A stretch of 24,000 nucleotides of DNA from Microbulbifer sp. TYP-18 (GCF_040932045.1 NZ_JBFRBC010000021.1:18914-42913); one strand, 5' to 3'; counted from the stretch's first letter, positions 1-9,634 are shown. Notes: generated from the letters alone by a model not told the origin. Numbers and translations: made by a program.

Positions 1-1329
1 GAACTTGTCATTGCATTTATCGACAAGCCTTTCTTTTTTTGAAATGCCACCTCATCAATGCCTGCAATTGTTGGTAGATCCCCTGAAGACTGGCCCTGAG
101 TCCCTACAATTGAATATCGCCACAGATCATCTTCTCCACTGGCTGTAGGTCTTCGGAGCAGTCAGTGGGCGTTTGCCCACTTTGCACCTGGTCCAGGGAT
201 TCCACTCTTTGGGGCAGGGTACAGCCTATGATAAAGCAAACCCCTATCACCAATGCCCACAGCTGGTTAAACAGCTTGTATGAAAGCAACCCTTTGAGAT
301 AGTGCGAGCTACTCCTAGTCTTGTTGGTATACATAGTTATTTTCCATCCAAATTGCTGGCAATCGTGGGACTGAACCACGAAATATGCAGTTCTTTATCT
401 ATCAAGAACAGAGCGCTACGACTGTGAAAATGCAAAGATGGAGCGCCCGCACGGGCGTGTTGCGCGGCTGCTCAACAGGGGCTGGCAAGGGTGCAAGGCT
501 GCCGGCTTTTTGAACCTGCGGCTCCCCCACTCGAATAATCGCATCGGCGATTACATAACTGCACCAGGAAGACACACAACAGGAGAGGGTTAAGTCAACA
601 CTTCCCCAAAGTAACGGCGGACAAAACAGAATTTCAGACTCCTGGCGCGGGCAAATCGGATCGAGGCGCAGACCCCAATGTCTTCTTTCATTGTCGACCT
701 CCCGCCAAGCATATTCCTGGCCCGGAGTCAACTCACAAAACAGCGAAATTATGGGAAGGGAGAAAGCGCAATCGCTCCTTTGGATGAATACCGCCACACC
801 ACGCTCCATACCAGTGAATCACTGCAGCAGGTGACAGCTGTAAACAACTGCCACTGAATGCCAATTCTATGCCAGTGGGATCGATAAATTGGGTAACCGT
901 TCACAGTTTTCCCCTCTGCGCTATTACATGCCATTACAAATTGGCGCGTATATCTACATTGTTGGGTGTCGAGGCAGTTTTTGCTTATCGTCCGAAAAAT
1001 CGGTTTTGACAAATCATTGCGTTGTGCCGAGATATAAGCATGGACGTAGATTATAGGGTGTCACAAAACCGGACCACCCCCGAGTATTTTGACAGATGGA
1101 TTCCCTGCGCCGACGCTATGAATCAGGGCAAAGCTGGCTGCGCCTTTTTTACAACCAGACAACCTAATTGATTTCCGGGCCAACGTTATTGAACGTTGGC
1201 ACAACCGCGTTCTATTTCCGTCCTAATGCTTTTCCGTAATATTTAACACCCTATTTTCCGTCCCCTATTTGCAGGTTGCAGTCAAAGTGTCTAGGCTCAA
1301 TAAAATCCATCCAGCAAATAGAGAAGCAT

Positions 1330-1779
1330 ATGTCAGAACTGTCAGATACATTCTCCAGCAAGGAATATATACGTGTATTTGTTAAACCTTCTGAAGGTAA
1401 AGGGTTTGTAAAAAATTACTTGCAGTGCTTTGACGCCGAGCTTGAATATGCTTTCAACATGCCAAAACTCAATAATTTACAAGTAATTGCGCTGACCTCT
1501 CCCTACGGAAATATATCAGCAGTTGTAACAGAGTCATTGAATGGTTTTCCAGAGTATTTAGAGAGGACTAAAGTACTATATTGGACTAGGAACATGAATT
1601 TAACACTGGATATCGCATCTAAGAATGGAATGACAATCCTACAAAACAAAACCCCTGTACCAATCGGATTTCAAGGTAGATTTGAAACGCCTGGCGGTTA
1701 TGTTGTTGAACTTGCCGAAGCTTCTGAAGAAGGCAAAAAATATTTTAATCCGGATGCCAAGGCGCTTGGGTTTACCTAG
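1330..1779 (+). CDS. hypothetical protein (149 aa), no family recognised
   Basis: This is the only long + strand ORF in the AT-rich left end. The track ORF starts at a TTG (1276); the first in-frame ATG is at 1330 (MSELSDTF...). I see no signal peptide, TM segment or motif I recognise. Its TAG stop (1777-1779) is the first three bases of repeat copy A. Confidence 0.5.
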   Translation: MSELSDTFSSKEYIRVFVKPSEGKGFVKNYLQCFDAELEYAFNMPKLNNLQVIALTSPYGNISAVVTESLNGFPEYLERTKVLYWTRNMNLTLDIASKNGMTILQNKTPVPIGFQGRFETPGGYVVELAEASEEGKKYFNPDAKALGFT

Positions 1780-1941
1780 CAGGCTGTTGAAAAAGTGTTT
1801 TCAGCGGCCAGCTGTCCCTAACAGGGATGTTCGGGCCGCAAATCAAGCATAAGACTGCTTGATTTGTCGTGGAGGGTTTGCGGACATGCGCCGCAAACCC
1901 GGGTTGAGGAAAGCCAGGGAGGGCTTTTTAACAACCTGCTA
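1777..1941 (+). mobile_element. MITE-like inverted-repeat element, copy A (subfamily 1)
   Basis: It starts TA|GCAGGCTGTTGAAAAAG and ends CTTTTTAACAACCTGC|TA, giving roughly 19-nt terminal inverted repeats. Internal perfect stems are CAAATCAAGCA/TGCTTGATTTG (11 bp) and GGGTTTGCGG/CCGCAAACCC (10 bp). It fills the whole convergent gap between ORF 1330-1779 and the decarboxylase gene. Confidence 0.8.
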
Positions 1942-1948
1942 GTATATA

Positions 1949-3643
1949 TCAGTGTCGCAAAGCCTGGCTAAATTTAACATTATAGGAAGCGCTGTCCCAG
2001 GGATCCAGTTTGATTCTGACGATATTGACACCTACAGGCTCCGTAAGCTGTGCAAAAATTGCGTCCATCTCCTTTTCGGTGGCAGCTATGTACCCGGTTG
2101 TATTCCGGCCCTCAGTGCCGCCCATCGCCTGCCCCAGTGACTCATAGGCCCAAACTGGGGTGTTATTATAGGAACGCTCCTTGCCGGGGTAGATTTGCCG
2201 CTCTGCTCCATACCCCTGATTATCTAGTATAAAAATTACGCAATCGATTCCATATTTAATCAATGTGGAAACTTCCTGGGCGGTCATATGGAAAGCACCG
2301 TCCCCGGTGATAATGTATCGCCTGCGCTTGGCCGCCTGATGGGAAAAGACGGCTCCAGTGAACATTCCAAATCCCGAGCCGAGCGATCCATAATTTCCAC
2401 AACCAAAAATATCTACGCCCGATGGGAATTCAGCCTGGGCCGCATTGATATACCCACCTGTATCACCAAATACCAAATCTCCGGATTTAAAGTAATTAGC
2501 AAATTGAACAAATAGCCGATCTATCCTCAGTGGCTTTTCTGTGGAGGTAAATTTATCCGCACGTTCAAAATAAAATCTACGCCCCTTGCCAATATTCAAG
2601 TTTCCTTCGGAAATATTTTTACAACAGCTCAAGAGATCCGGAACAAATTGCCGCAAATAGACCTTATCAAATACGCGACTACCTATTGTCACCTTATCGA
2701 AGTCAGCCCAGATGCAACTCTCACCTTCCAGACGAGCAGTAAAAATACCCGTATCAAATTCATTGAGAGTCATTCCCAACGCTATGGTGGCATCCGCGCC
2801 TTCTACTGCTTTTCGGGTAATCTCATTACTCATCCCCCCCATATACAGACCGGCAGCATTGGAGTCCCCTTCAAGGTCTGCAATTTTTCCTACAAAGGTG
2901 GTGGCAACCGCAGCGTTTAAGGATTTCACCAGGCCCTTGGCCTCGGACACCAGACTTTCCCGCTGAAGCAAATGGCCGGCAACAATCGCCCGGGTTTTCG
3001 CTTTTTGAAGTATCTCCCTGGTCGCCTCAACAGCCGCACGTAAGTTTTTATCTGACGATTGGTTGAGTATCAAGTCAACAGGTTCGCCCGACAACGGCAC
3101 CTGCTCGGTTTGCAAATCATAGGGAATTTCAAGGTAAACCGGTTTCTTCTTCTGATAGGCAATCCTTAAAATTTCATCGATTTCCCGTGGAGCTGTAGCT
3201 ACAGACATCAGACGGTGCGACGCTACTGTAATCGGCCGAAAAGCCTCGACGCATGCGTCGAAATTCGTGTCCATCGCATGGTGCAATTTTCGCTCTGTTG
3301 GAGTAGTGAGCACCTGCACTGTCGGCGCACCCGCGATCACAATCAGTGGCGTACTGTCGGCGAAAGCACCTGCAACGGCGTTTATGGTACTGAAGCTGCC
3401 AACCCCGAAGGTAACCGCCATGGCCCCAAAACCGGTGACTTTTGCGTATCCGTCAGCGGCGTAGGCGCCATTCAGTTCATTGCACACCAGGATATGTTCC
3501 ACACCATGAGGGCCGTCGATCAATTCATCAAAGAAAGGCAGGACATAGTCCCCCGGAATACCAAATATATGCCCCACACCGAGCGCCTTAAGGCGACAGC
3601 ATAGATAGGTTGAAATAGTTACTGTCTGAAGGTTGGAACTCAT
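1949..3643 (-). CDS. ThDP-dependent 2-keto-acid decarboxylase (indolepyruvate/phenylpyruvate/pyruvate decarboxylase family)
   Basis: PDC/IPDC-family hallmarks are present: FGIPGDYVLPFFD, NELNGAYAADGYAK, TFGVGSFSTINAVAGAFAD, LHHAMD. The ThDP-binding motif is GDGAFHMTAQE...ILDNQGYG. The start is placed at the ATG at 3643 (MSSNLQTV...), which has GGAG 7 nt upstream; the track start at 3673 adds 10 unsupported residues. The gene is more AT-rich than the core genes. Confidence 0.88.
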   Translation of the reverse strand: MSSNLQTVTISTYLCCRLKALGVGHIFGIPGDYVLPFFDELIDGPHGVEHILVCNELNGAYAADGYAKVTGFGAMAVTFGVGSFSTINAVAGAFADSTPLIVIAGAPTVQVLTTPTERKLHHAMDTNFDACVEAFRPITVASHRLMSVATAPREIDEILRIAYQKKKPVYLEIPYDLQTEQVPLSGEPVDLILNQSSDKNLRAAVEATREILQKAKTRAIVAGHLLQRESLVSEAKGLVKSLNAAVATTFVGKIADLEGDSNAAGLYMGGMSNEITRKAVEGADATIALGMTLNEFDTGIFTARLEGESCIWADFDKVTIGSRVFDKVYLRQFVPDLLSCCKNISEGNLNIGKGRRFYFERADKFTSTEKPLRIDRLFVQFANYFKSGDLVFGDTGGYINAAQAEFPSGVDIFGCGNYGSLGSGFGMFTGAVFSHQAAKRRRYIITGDGAFHMTAQEVSTLIKYGIDCVIFILDNQGYGAERQIYPGKERSYNNTPVWAYESLGQAMGGTEGRNTTGYIAATEKEMDAIFAQLTEPVGVNIVRIKLDPWDSASYNVKFSQALRH

Positions 3644-3774
3644 ACCCTGACTCCATAAACACCCAAACTGCATATCAAGCTTTCAAATGCTGTTTTTCGA
3701 TCCCTTACCGCCCACCCATACAAGGTACAGCGGTTTGGGACACCCCAGGGCAAGTGGCTCGCACTTCGTTTTGT

Positions 3775-3914
3775 TAGCAACCTACAGTCCCGAATAGAGA
3801 AGGTTTGGGCTGTGAGGCACAGCTTGCAGCGGCTTGCTTTGTCCTGCAGGATTTTCGGACATGTGCCACAAACTTGGATTAGCGAAAACCAGTGAGGCTT
3901 TTTCAGCAAAATGC
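3775..3914 (+). repeat. decayed copy D of the MITE-like element (subfamily 1)
   Basis: Positions 3838-3914 are collinear with the right half of copy A. Matching segments are CTTGCTTTGTC vs CTTGATTTGTC, TTTTCGGACATGTGCCACAAAC vs TTTGCGGACATGCGCCGCAAAC, and GGCTTTTTCAGCAAAATGC vs GGCTTTTTAACAACCTGC. The left end, TA|GCAACCTACAG, is only a weak match to the terminal repeat, so that boundary is approximate. Confidence 0.5.
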
Positions 3915-4092
3915 CCGATCATGAGTATAGGCTCTCTGGGTAAAGAACTATTTTCCTGCGTCGACAATTTGACGGCCCTGATTCCTGCTTCATTCATGCA
4001 CCGGTTTACACAGATATTGCCCGCTGGCGGGTGGAACTGGGCTCCTGAAGCTGCGGGTGACTAGGGCCTGTTCACACTAACGAAGTTGGCCC

Positions 4093-4260
4093 TAGCAGGC
4101 TGTTGAAATTCGCAGAATTTCGACAGCCTGGTACCGGAATATGGATGTTCCGGCAAAATAAACGACACCTAAGTCGTTGAGTTTGGGAGAAAAGTGAAAA
4201 TCACATTTTTCACTTTTCGTGTTTTGAAACAGGCAGAATGCCTTTTTCAACAACCTGCTA
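4093..4260 (+). mobile_element. MITE-like inverted-repeat element, copy B (subfamily 2)
   Basis: It runs from TA|GCAGGCTGTTGAAATTC to CTTTTTCAACAACCTGC|TA. It aligns end to end with copy C with about a dozen substitutions and two 1-nt indels. The interior is a chain of stems that includes a perfect 12-bp GAAAAGTGAAAA/TTTTCACTTTTC. Track ORF 4092-4295(-) lies inside it and is judged spurious. Confidence 0.88.
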
Positions 4261-4402
4261 GGGGTATTCTTCCGGCCGTCAAAAAAATCGATCAATAAAT
4301 GAGTGGCAGCTTATTCCACACAGCTTGGCCAGCCCCGGCTATAAGGGCGGAAAAACCGTGGCCTGACTACACTACAAATATCTCTGACTCGGAAGCATAC
4401 CA

Positions 4403-4978
4403 ATGACGCGGTTTGTTCCGCTCGCGATCCTGATACTGGCCGGGACTCTCTTCCTGGGCGGCTGCTACGACCCCCACAAAAAATATGTATACCCGCTGAC
4501 GCCGCGGGAAAAGGTGGCAGACAGCGCGGGTGAGAAGGCGGCGCGCCGGGCCGCACCACTGGGCGACGCTCTGGTGCGTTACCTGAGAAACGGCTCCGGG
4601 GTGCAGGATGGGGAATTTACCCTGGGGGTCAGATTCAGGGCGGGCGGCTCTGCGCCGCGCATGGATACGCTGCGGGATCTAGAGGCGCTACTGGTGATTA
4701 TGCGCGACTACCCCAGTCTGCGCATCGCCATTGAGGCCCACACCGACAGCGAGGGGGAAGCGGACAAAAATCTCAAACTGTCCCAGTGGCGCGCCGACTG
4801 GGTGGGACGCTTTCTGATCGAGCGGGGCATAGACGCGGAACGCATAGAGGCACAGGGATTCGGCGCTTCCCTGCCCATCGCCGACGACAGCACACCGGAA
4901 GGGCAGCGGCTAAACCGCCGCCTGGTCATCCGCGTGCTCAATTTCGACCGGCAGCCCCTAAAACCCAAGCTCCGGTAG
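4403..4978 (+). CDS. OmpA C-terminal-domain lipoprotein (peptidoglycan-associated, Pal/OmpA-like)
   Basis: There is a signal peptide with a lipobox (LFLGG|C). The OmpA_C pattern is IEAHTDSEG...NLKLSQWRADWV...GFGASLPIADDSTPEGQRLNRRLVI. GGAAG lies 7 nt upstream of the ATG. Confidence 0.85.
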   Translation: MTRFVPLAILILAGTLFLGGCYDPHKKYVYPLTPREKVADSAGEKAARRAAPLGDALVRYLRNGSGVQDGEFTLGVRFRAGGSAPRMDTLRDLEALLVIMRDYPSLRIAIEAHTDSEGEADKNLKLSQWRADWVGRFLIERGIDAERIEAQGFGASLPIADDSTPEGQRLNRRLVIRVLNFDRQPLKPKLR

Positions 4979-5034
4979 CTCGGACTACGGAATAAACAGT
5001 TTTCGACTGTCCGGGCCACTCCGCCGGCAGCCCC

Positions 5035-5868
5035 TTAATCGAGGCTCAACGCGCTCAGTATCTCCGCGGTGGGCTGCGCCTGGTTCATGGTGTAAAAATG
5101 CAGGCCCGGCGCGCCGCCCTCCAACAGGGTTTCGCACAGGTCGGTCACCACTTCCTGGCCCAGTTTGCGGGCATCGTCCGGGTTGCTGAAATGCTCCATG
5201 CGCAGGCGCAGCCAGCGCGGAATCTCCGCGCCGCAATTGCGTGAAAAGCGGGCGAGATTGGCAAAGTTGACGATCGGCATGATACCCGGATAGATGGGCG
5301 CTTCGATGCCGGCGCTGTCGCACTGATCGAGGAAATAGAAGTAGGCGTCGGGGTTGTAAAAATACTGGGTCAGGGCGCTGTCGGCACCCGCTTCAAACTT
5401 CCCTTTCAGGTAGCGGATATTGGCGTCATAAGTCTCCGCTTCGGGATGAATCTCCGGGTAGGCGGCCACTTCCAGGTGGAAATGTTCGCCGGTGTGGCGG
5501 CGGATAAAGGCGACCAGCTCGTTGGCGTACACCAGTTGTGCCACCGCACCCATACCGGAAGGCATGTCCCCGCGCAGGGCGACGATACGGTCCACCCCGG
5601 CATCCCGATATTGGTTGAGTAGACCCAGCACCGTTTCCTCATTGTCGCCACCGAAGGAGAGGTGCGGCGCGATGGAGATACCATCGCGGCACAGGTTGGT
5701 GACGATATCCGCGGTGGTTTCGCGGGTGGTGCCTCCGGCGCCATAGGTGACGGAGAAAAACGCCGGCTGGAACGCTTGCAGGGTCGCGCGGGTTTGATAC
5801 AGCCTCTCCCGCCCCTCGGGGGTTTTGGGCGGGAAAAACTCGAAGCTGATTCTGGGTGTATCGGTCAT
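5035..5868 (-). CDS. metF: 5,10-methylenetetrahydrofolate reductase
   Basis: The full-length 277-aa protein begins ISFEFFPPKTPEG...SVTYGAGGTTR, which is typical MetF. It is the last gene of the SAM-cycle operon. Confidence 0.93.
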   Translation of the reverse strand: MTDTPRISFEFFPPKTPEGRERLYQTRATLQAFQPAFFSVTYGAGGTTRETTADIVTNLCRDGISIAPHLSFGGDNEETVLGLLNQYRDAGVDRIVALRGDMPSGMGAVAQLVYANELVAFIRRHTGEHFHLEVAAYPEIHPEAETYDANIRYLKGKFEAGADSALTQYFYNPDAYFYFLDQCDSAGIEAPIYPGIMPIVNFANLARFSRNCGAEIPRWLRLRMEHFSNPDDARKLGQEVVTDLCETLLEGGAPGLHFYTMNQAQPTAEILSALSLD

Positions 5869-5929
5869 GGTGCTGTCTTTCCGGTGCCCCGCTGCGCCGC
5901 CGCCCTACACGAGCGGCGTCAGCGGTGGA

Positions 5930-7315
5930 TTAGTATTTGTAACTCTCGGGCTTGTAGGGTCCGTCCACGGATACGCCGATATAGTCGGCCTGGGCCCCGG
6001 TCATGCGGGTAATCACACCACCGAAACCCTCGACCATATAGCGGGCCACTTCCTCGTCCAGCTTTTTGGGCAAAACCTTCACGTATAGAGCGGAGGTTTT
6101 CTGGTCCGCCGGCAGGTTGGCGAATTTTTCCCGGTACAGATGGATCTGGGCCAGCACCTGGTTGGCAAAAGAGCCGTCCATAATACGGCTCGGGTGTCCG
6201 GTGGCGTTGCCCAGGTTTACCAGCCGGCCTTCGGACAGCAACAGCAGGTGGTCGTTGGTGGCGGCATTGCGCACTATCTTGTGCACCTGCGGCTTTACTT
6301 CCTGCCACTGCCAGTGCTCGCGCATATAGGCGGTGTCTATTTCGTTATCGAAGTGGCCGATGTTGCAGACCACGGCACCGCTTTTGAGCGCCTGTAGCAT
6401 CGGCGCATCACATACATTGGTATTGCCGGTAGTGGTCACCAGCAAATCAGTGTTGGCCAGCAGTTCCCTGTTGATGCCGTCGGTGCCGCCGGTATTGATT
6501 CCGTCGACGTAGGGGGACACCAACTCGAAGCCGTCCATGCACGCCTGCATGGCACAGATGGGATCCACTTCCGACACCTTCACAATCATACCTTCCTGGC
6601 GCAGGGAGGCGGCGGAACCCTTGCCCACATCGCCGTAGCCGATCACCAGGGCTTTTTTCCCGGACAGCAAATGGTCGGTGCCCCGCTTGATGGCGTCGTT
6701 GAGGCTGTGGCGACAGCCGTACTTGTTGTCGTTTTTACTCTTGGTCACGGAGTCGTTGACGTTGATCGCCGGGACCTTGAGGGTGCCTTCGCGCAACATT
6801 TCCTGCAAACGGTGCACGCCGGTGGTGGTCTCTTCGCTGACACCGTGGCAGTGATCCAGGATTTCCGGGTAGCTGCGGTGCAGCAGTTCGGTGAGGTCGC
6901 CGCCGTCGTCGAGAATCATATTGGGCTGCCAGCCGGCCACATCGGCACCCACGGTGCGCTCCAGGCACCAGGTGTACTCCTCCTCGGTTTCACCTTTCCA
7001 GGCGAAGACCGGAATACCCCGCGCGGCGATGGCCGCCGCCGCATGGTCCTGGGTGGAGAAAATATTGCACGAGGACCAGCGGACCTGTGCGCCGAGCGCG
7101 ACCAGGGTTTCGATCAGTACCGCGGTCTGGATGGTCATATGGATGCAGCCCATGATGCGCGCGCCCTGCAAGGGCTGCTCGGCCTCGTACTTGGCGCGCA
7201 GTGTCATCAGTGCCGGCATTTCCCCTTCGGCGATCTCGATTTCCCGGCGCCCCCAGTCGGCCAGGGCGATATCGGCAACTTTAAAGTCTTTGAATTCGGT
7301 GCTCATCTGATTCAT
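5930..7315 (-). CDS. ahcY: adenosylhomocysteinase (S-adenosyl-L-homocysteine hydrolase)
   Basis: Unambiguous AhcY sequence is present ([58 protein letters not shown]-binding site). The start is set at MNQMSTEF (7315; MSTEF at 7306 is also possible). The track start at 7423 would overlap the metK 3' end and the intercistronic hairpin. Confidence 0.93.
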   Translation of the reverse strand: MNQMSTEFKDFKVADIALADWGRREIEIAEGEMPALMTLRAKYEAEQPLQGARIMGCIHMTIQTAVLIETLVALGAQVRWSSCNIFSTQDHAAAAIAARGIPVFAWKGETEEEYTWCLERTVGADVAGWQPNMILDDGGDLTELLHRSYPEILDHCHGVSEETTTGVHRLQEMLREGTLKVPAINVNDSVTKSKNDNKYGCRHSLNDAIKRGTDHLLSGKKALVIGYGDVGKGSAASLRQEGMIVKVSEVDPICAMQACMDGFELVSPYVDGINTGGTDGINRELLANTDLLVTTTGNTNVCDAPMLQALKSGAVVCNIGHFDNEIDTAYMREHWQWQEVKPQVHKIVRNAATNDHLLLLSEGRLVNLGNATGHPSRIMDGSFANQVLAQIHLYREKFANLPADQKTSALYVKVLPKKLDEEVARYMVEGFGGVITRMTGAQADYIGVSVDGPYKPESYKY

Positions 7316-7340
7316 TACCAAACCTTGTCTGTTCTTGTCC

Positions 7341-7359
7341 GCGCGGGCACTGCCCGCGC
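7341..7359 (-). other. GC-rich intercistronic stem-loop between metK and ahcY
   Basis: GCGCGGGC-ACT-GCCCGCGC is a perfect 8-bp stem with a 3-nt loop inside the 56-nt metK-ahcY spacer. No U-tract follows it on the minus-strand transcript, so it is not a canonical intrinsic terminator. It may be an mRNA processing or stability element. Confidence 0.45.
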
Positions 7360-7371
7360 ATGTGAATAAAA

Positions 7372-8588
<1,217 letters not shown>

Positions 8589-8592
<4 letters not shown>

Positions 8593-9584
8593 GCGAAGTT
8601 CTCCATTGATACCGCCTGCGGCGGTTTTATAAATTCTCGAATCTGAATCTGAAAGCCGTTGCGCAATGCGTTGTAGACGCTGCGGCCGCTGGCGAGGCCG
8701 GCCTCCACCGCCCAGTCGTGCAGCTGCTCCGGGGCGAACCCCAGCCAGAGGTCGCCACAGGCATCGCGCGCCCAGTCCTGTTTGTGCGCCTGCAGCTCCG
8801 CCACCAGCAGTTGCCCGCCGGGTTTCAGCGCCACCGCCAGGTCGCGGAAGATCTCGGCCGGCGCCGGGGTGTGGTGCAACACCATGTTCATCACTATGGT
8901 GTCGACGCTGCGCGGGCGCGCCGCCACTTTGCGGGTATCGCCGTGCACGAAATCGATATTCCCCAGCGCCTGGTCGTCGGCGAACTGTCGCGCGCGCGCC
9001 AGCATGGTGCTGGAGAGATCCAGCGCCATCACTCGCTCGAAGCGCGGCGCCAGCTCGGCCAGGAACTCCCCCTCACCCGGCCCCACTTCCACAGCGGTAG
9101 TTGCGGGGCTCAGCAATTGTGCTACCTGGGGCCCATATACTTCGTAACCGGCAATCAACTCCTGCTGCGCGCGGAAACGGTTACCGTAGTCGGCAAAAAA
9201 ACGCCGCGACGCCTCGGCCCGCTCCGCCGCCACTGCCGCCACCGCCTCCGCCCGCGCCGCCGACAGCGGCAGTTGATCCAGGCCGGTGAACAGCGGACCT
9301 AAAATGCCGTTGTCACTGCTGCGGCGGTAAAAGAGGTTGTTGCCCTCGCGGCGCTTGCTCACCAGCCCCGCCTGGGACAGCACCTTGAGGTGGTGGCTCA
9401 AGGCCGGCTGGCGCAGGTTGAGCATGCGGCAGAGTTCCAACACGCTGTAGGAGTCCTGGCTGAGCAGGCGCAGAACCTCCAGGCGCAGGGGGTCCGCTGC
9501 CGCCTTGAGGCGCGCGGCCAGCTGCGGGATCTCGGTGCCGACGACCGGGTCGGCGGCACTCAGGGGGCCGGGGGACTGGGACAT
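8589..9584 (-). CDS. sahR: ArsR-family HTH regulator fused to a SAM-methyltransferase-like domain (SahR-type SAH-responsive regulator of the methionine/SAM cycle)
   Basis: The N-terminal ArsR HTH is [43 protein letters not shown]. The C-terminal Rossmann methyltransferase motif I is [10 protein letters not shown]. This architecture, together with linkage to metK, ahcY and metF, matches the described SahR regulator. The start is set at the ATG at 9584 (MSQSPGP...) because the track's TTG at 9620 lies inside the operator palindrome. Confidence 0.75.
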
Positions 9585-9612
9585 GACGGCGAGTCTAACA
9601 GCGGCAATCCTA

Positions 9613-9634
9613 TATATCAAAGAACTTTGATATA
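9613..9634. promoter_or_regulatory. 22-bp perfect palindrome, candidate SahR/ArsR-type operator
   Basis: TATATCAAAG-AA-CTTTGATATA has 10-bp perfect arms. It lies 29 nt upstream of the sahR ATG in an AT-rich patch of the sahR/tkt divergent region. ArsR/SmtB regulators typically bind 12-2-12-type inverted repeats. Confidence 0.6.

Noticed and set aside
1-170. A minus-strand ORF open at the window edge, ending ...LPTIAGIDEVAFQKKKGLSINAMTS, reminiscent of the GIDE-x-A/S-F-x-KG motif at the start of ISL3-family transposase catalytic domains.
   Set aside because: The evidence is a single short motif. The upstream frames show no zinc-finger or HTH region expected of ISL3 transposases, and most of the putative gene lies outside the window. 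That is not enough to call a transposase.
402-809. A tyrosine-integrase-like box I pattern (LTPGQEYAWREVDNERRHWGL) in the 135-aa minus-strand ORF.
   Set aside because: The catalytic Arg of the TGxR motif is missing. No box II (HxLRH...Y) is found in any downstream frame, and no tRNA or att-like flank is present. It is probably a chance resemblance.
3834-4064. A 76-aa + strand ORF, and overlapping minus-strand ORFs (3640-3909, 3782-3997), in the 760-bp spacer between the decarboxylase and OmpA-like genes.
   Set aside because: They start inside decayed repeat D, have no RBS or motif, and overlap one another. The spacer is better explained as repeat-derived non-coding DNA.
1777-4260. The idea that the repeats are integron attC sites and that the ORF and decarboxylase are gene cassettes. 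The repeat starts right at an ORF stop and the cargo is AT-rich.
   Set aside because: Neither strand shows the RYYYAAC ... GTTRRRY core pair at the ends (the ends read GCAGGCTGTTGAAA / TTTCAACAACCTGC). The elements are longer than typical attC sites. No intI or attI is visible, and copies also occur singly far from any array.
4092-4295. Track ORFs 4092-4295(-) and 18676-18864(-), which share an LLKKA(F/S)CLF segment.
   Set aside because: The similarity arises only because both read through copies B and C of the repeat. They differ in length and frame context and lack start or RBS support.
7316-7371. An SAH riboswitch in front of ahcY, as in Pseudomonas and Burkholderiales.
   Set aside because: The spacer is only 56 nt and contains a single simple 8-bp hairpin, which is too short for the SAH riboswitch fold. 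I also saw no candidate in the ahcY-metF spacer or upstream of sahR.
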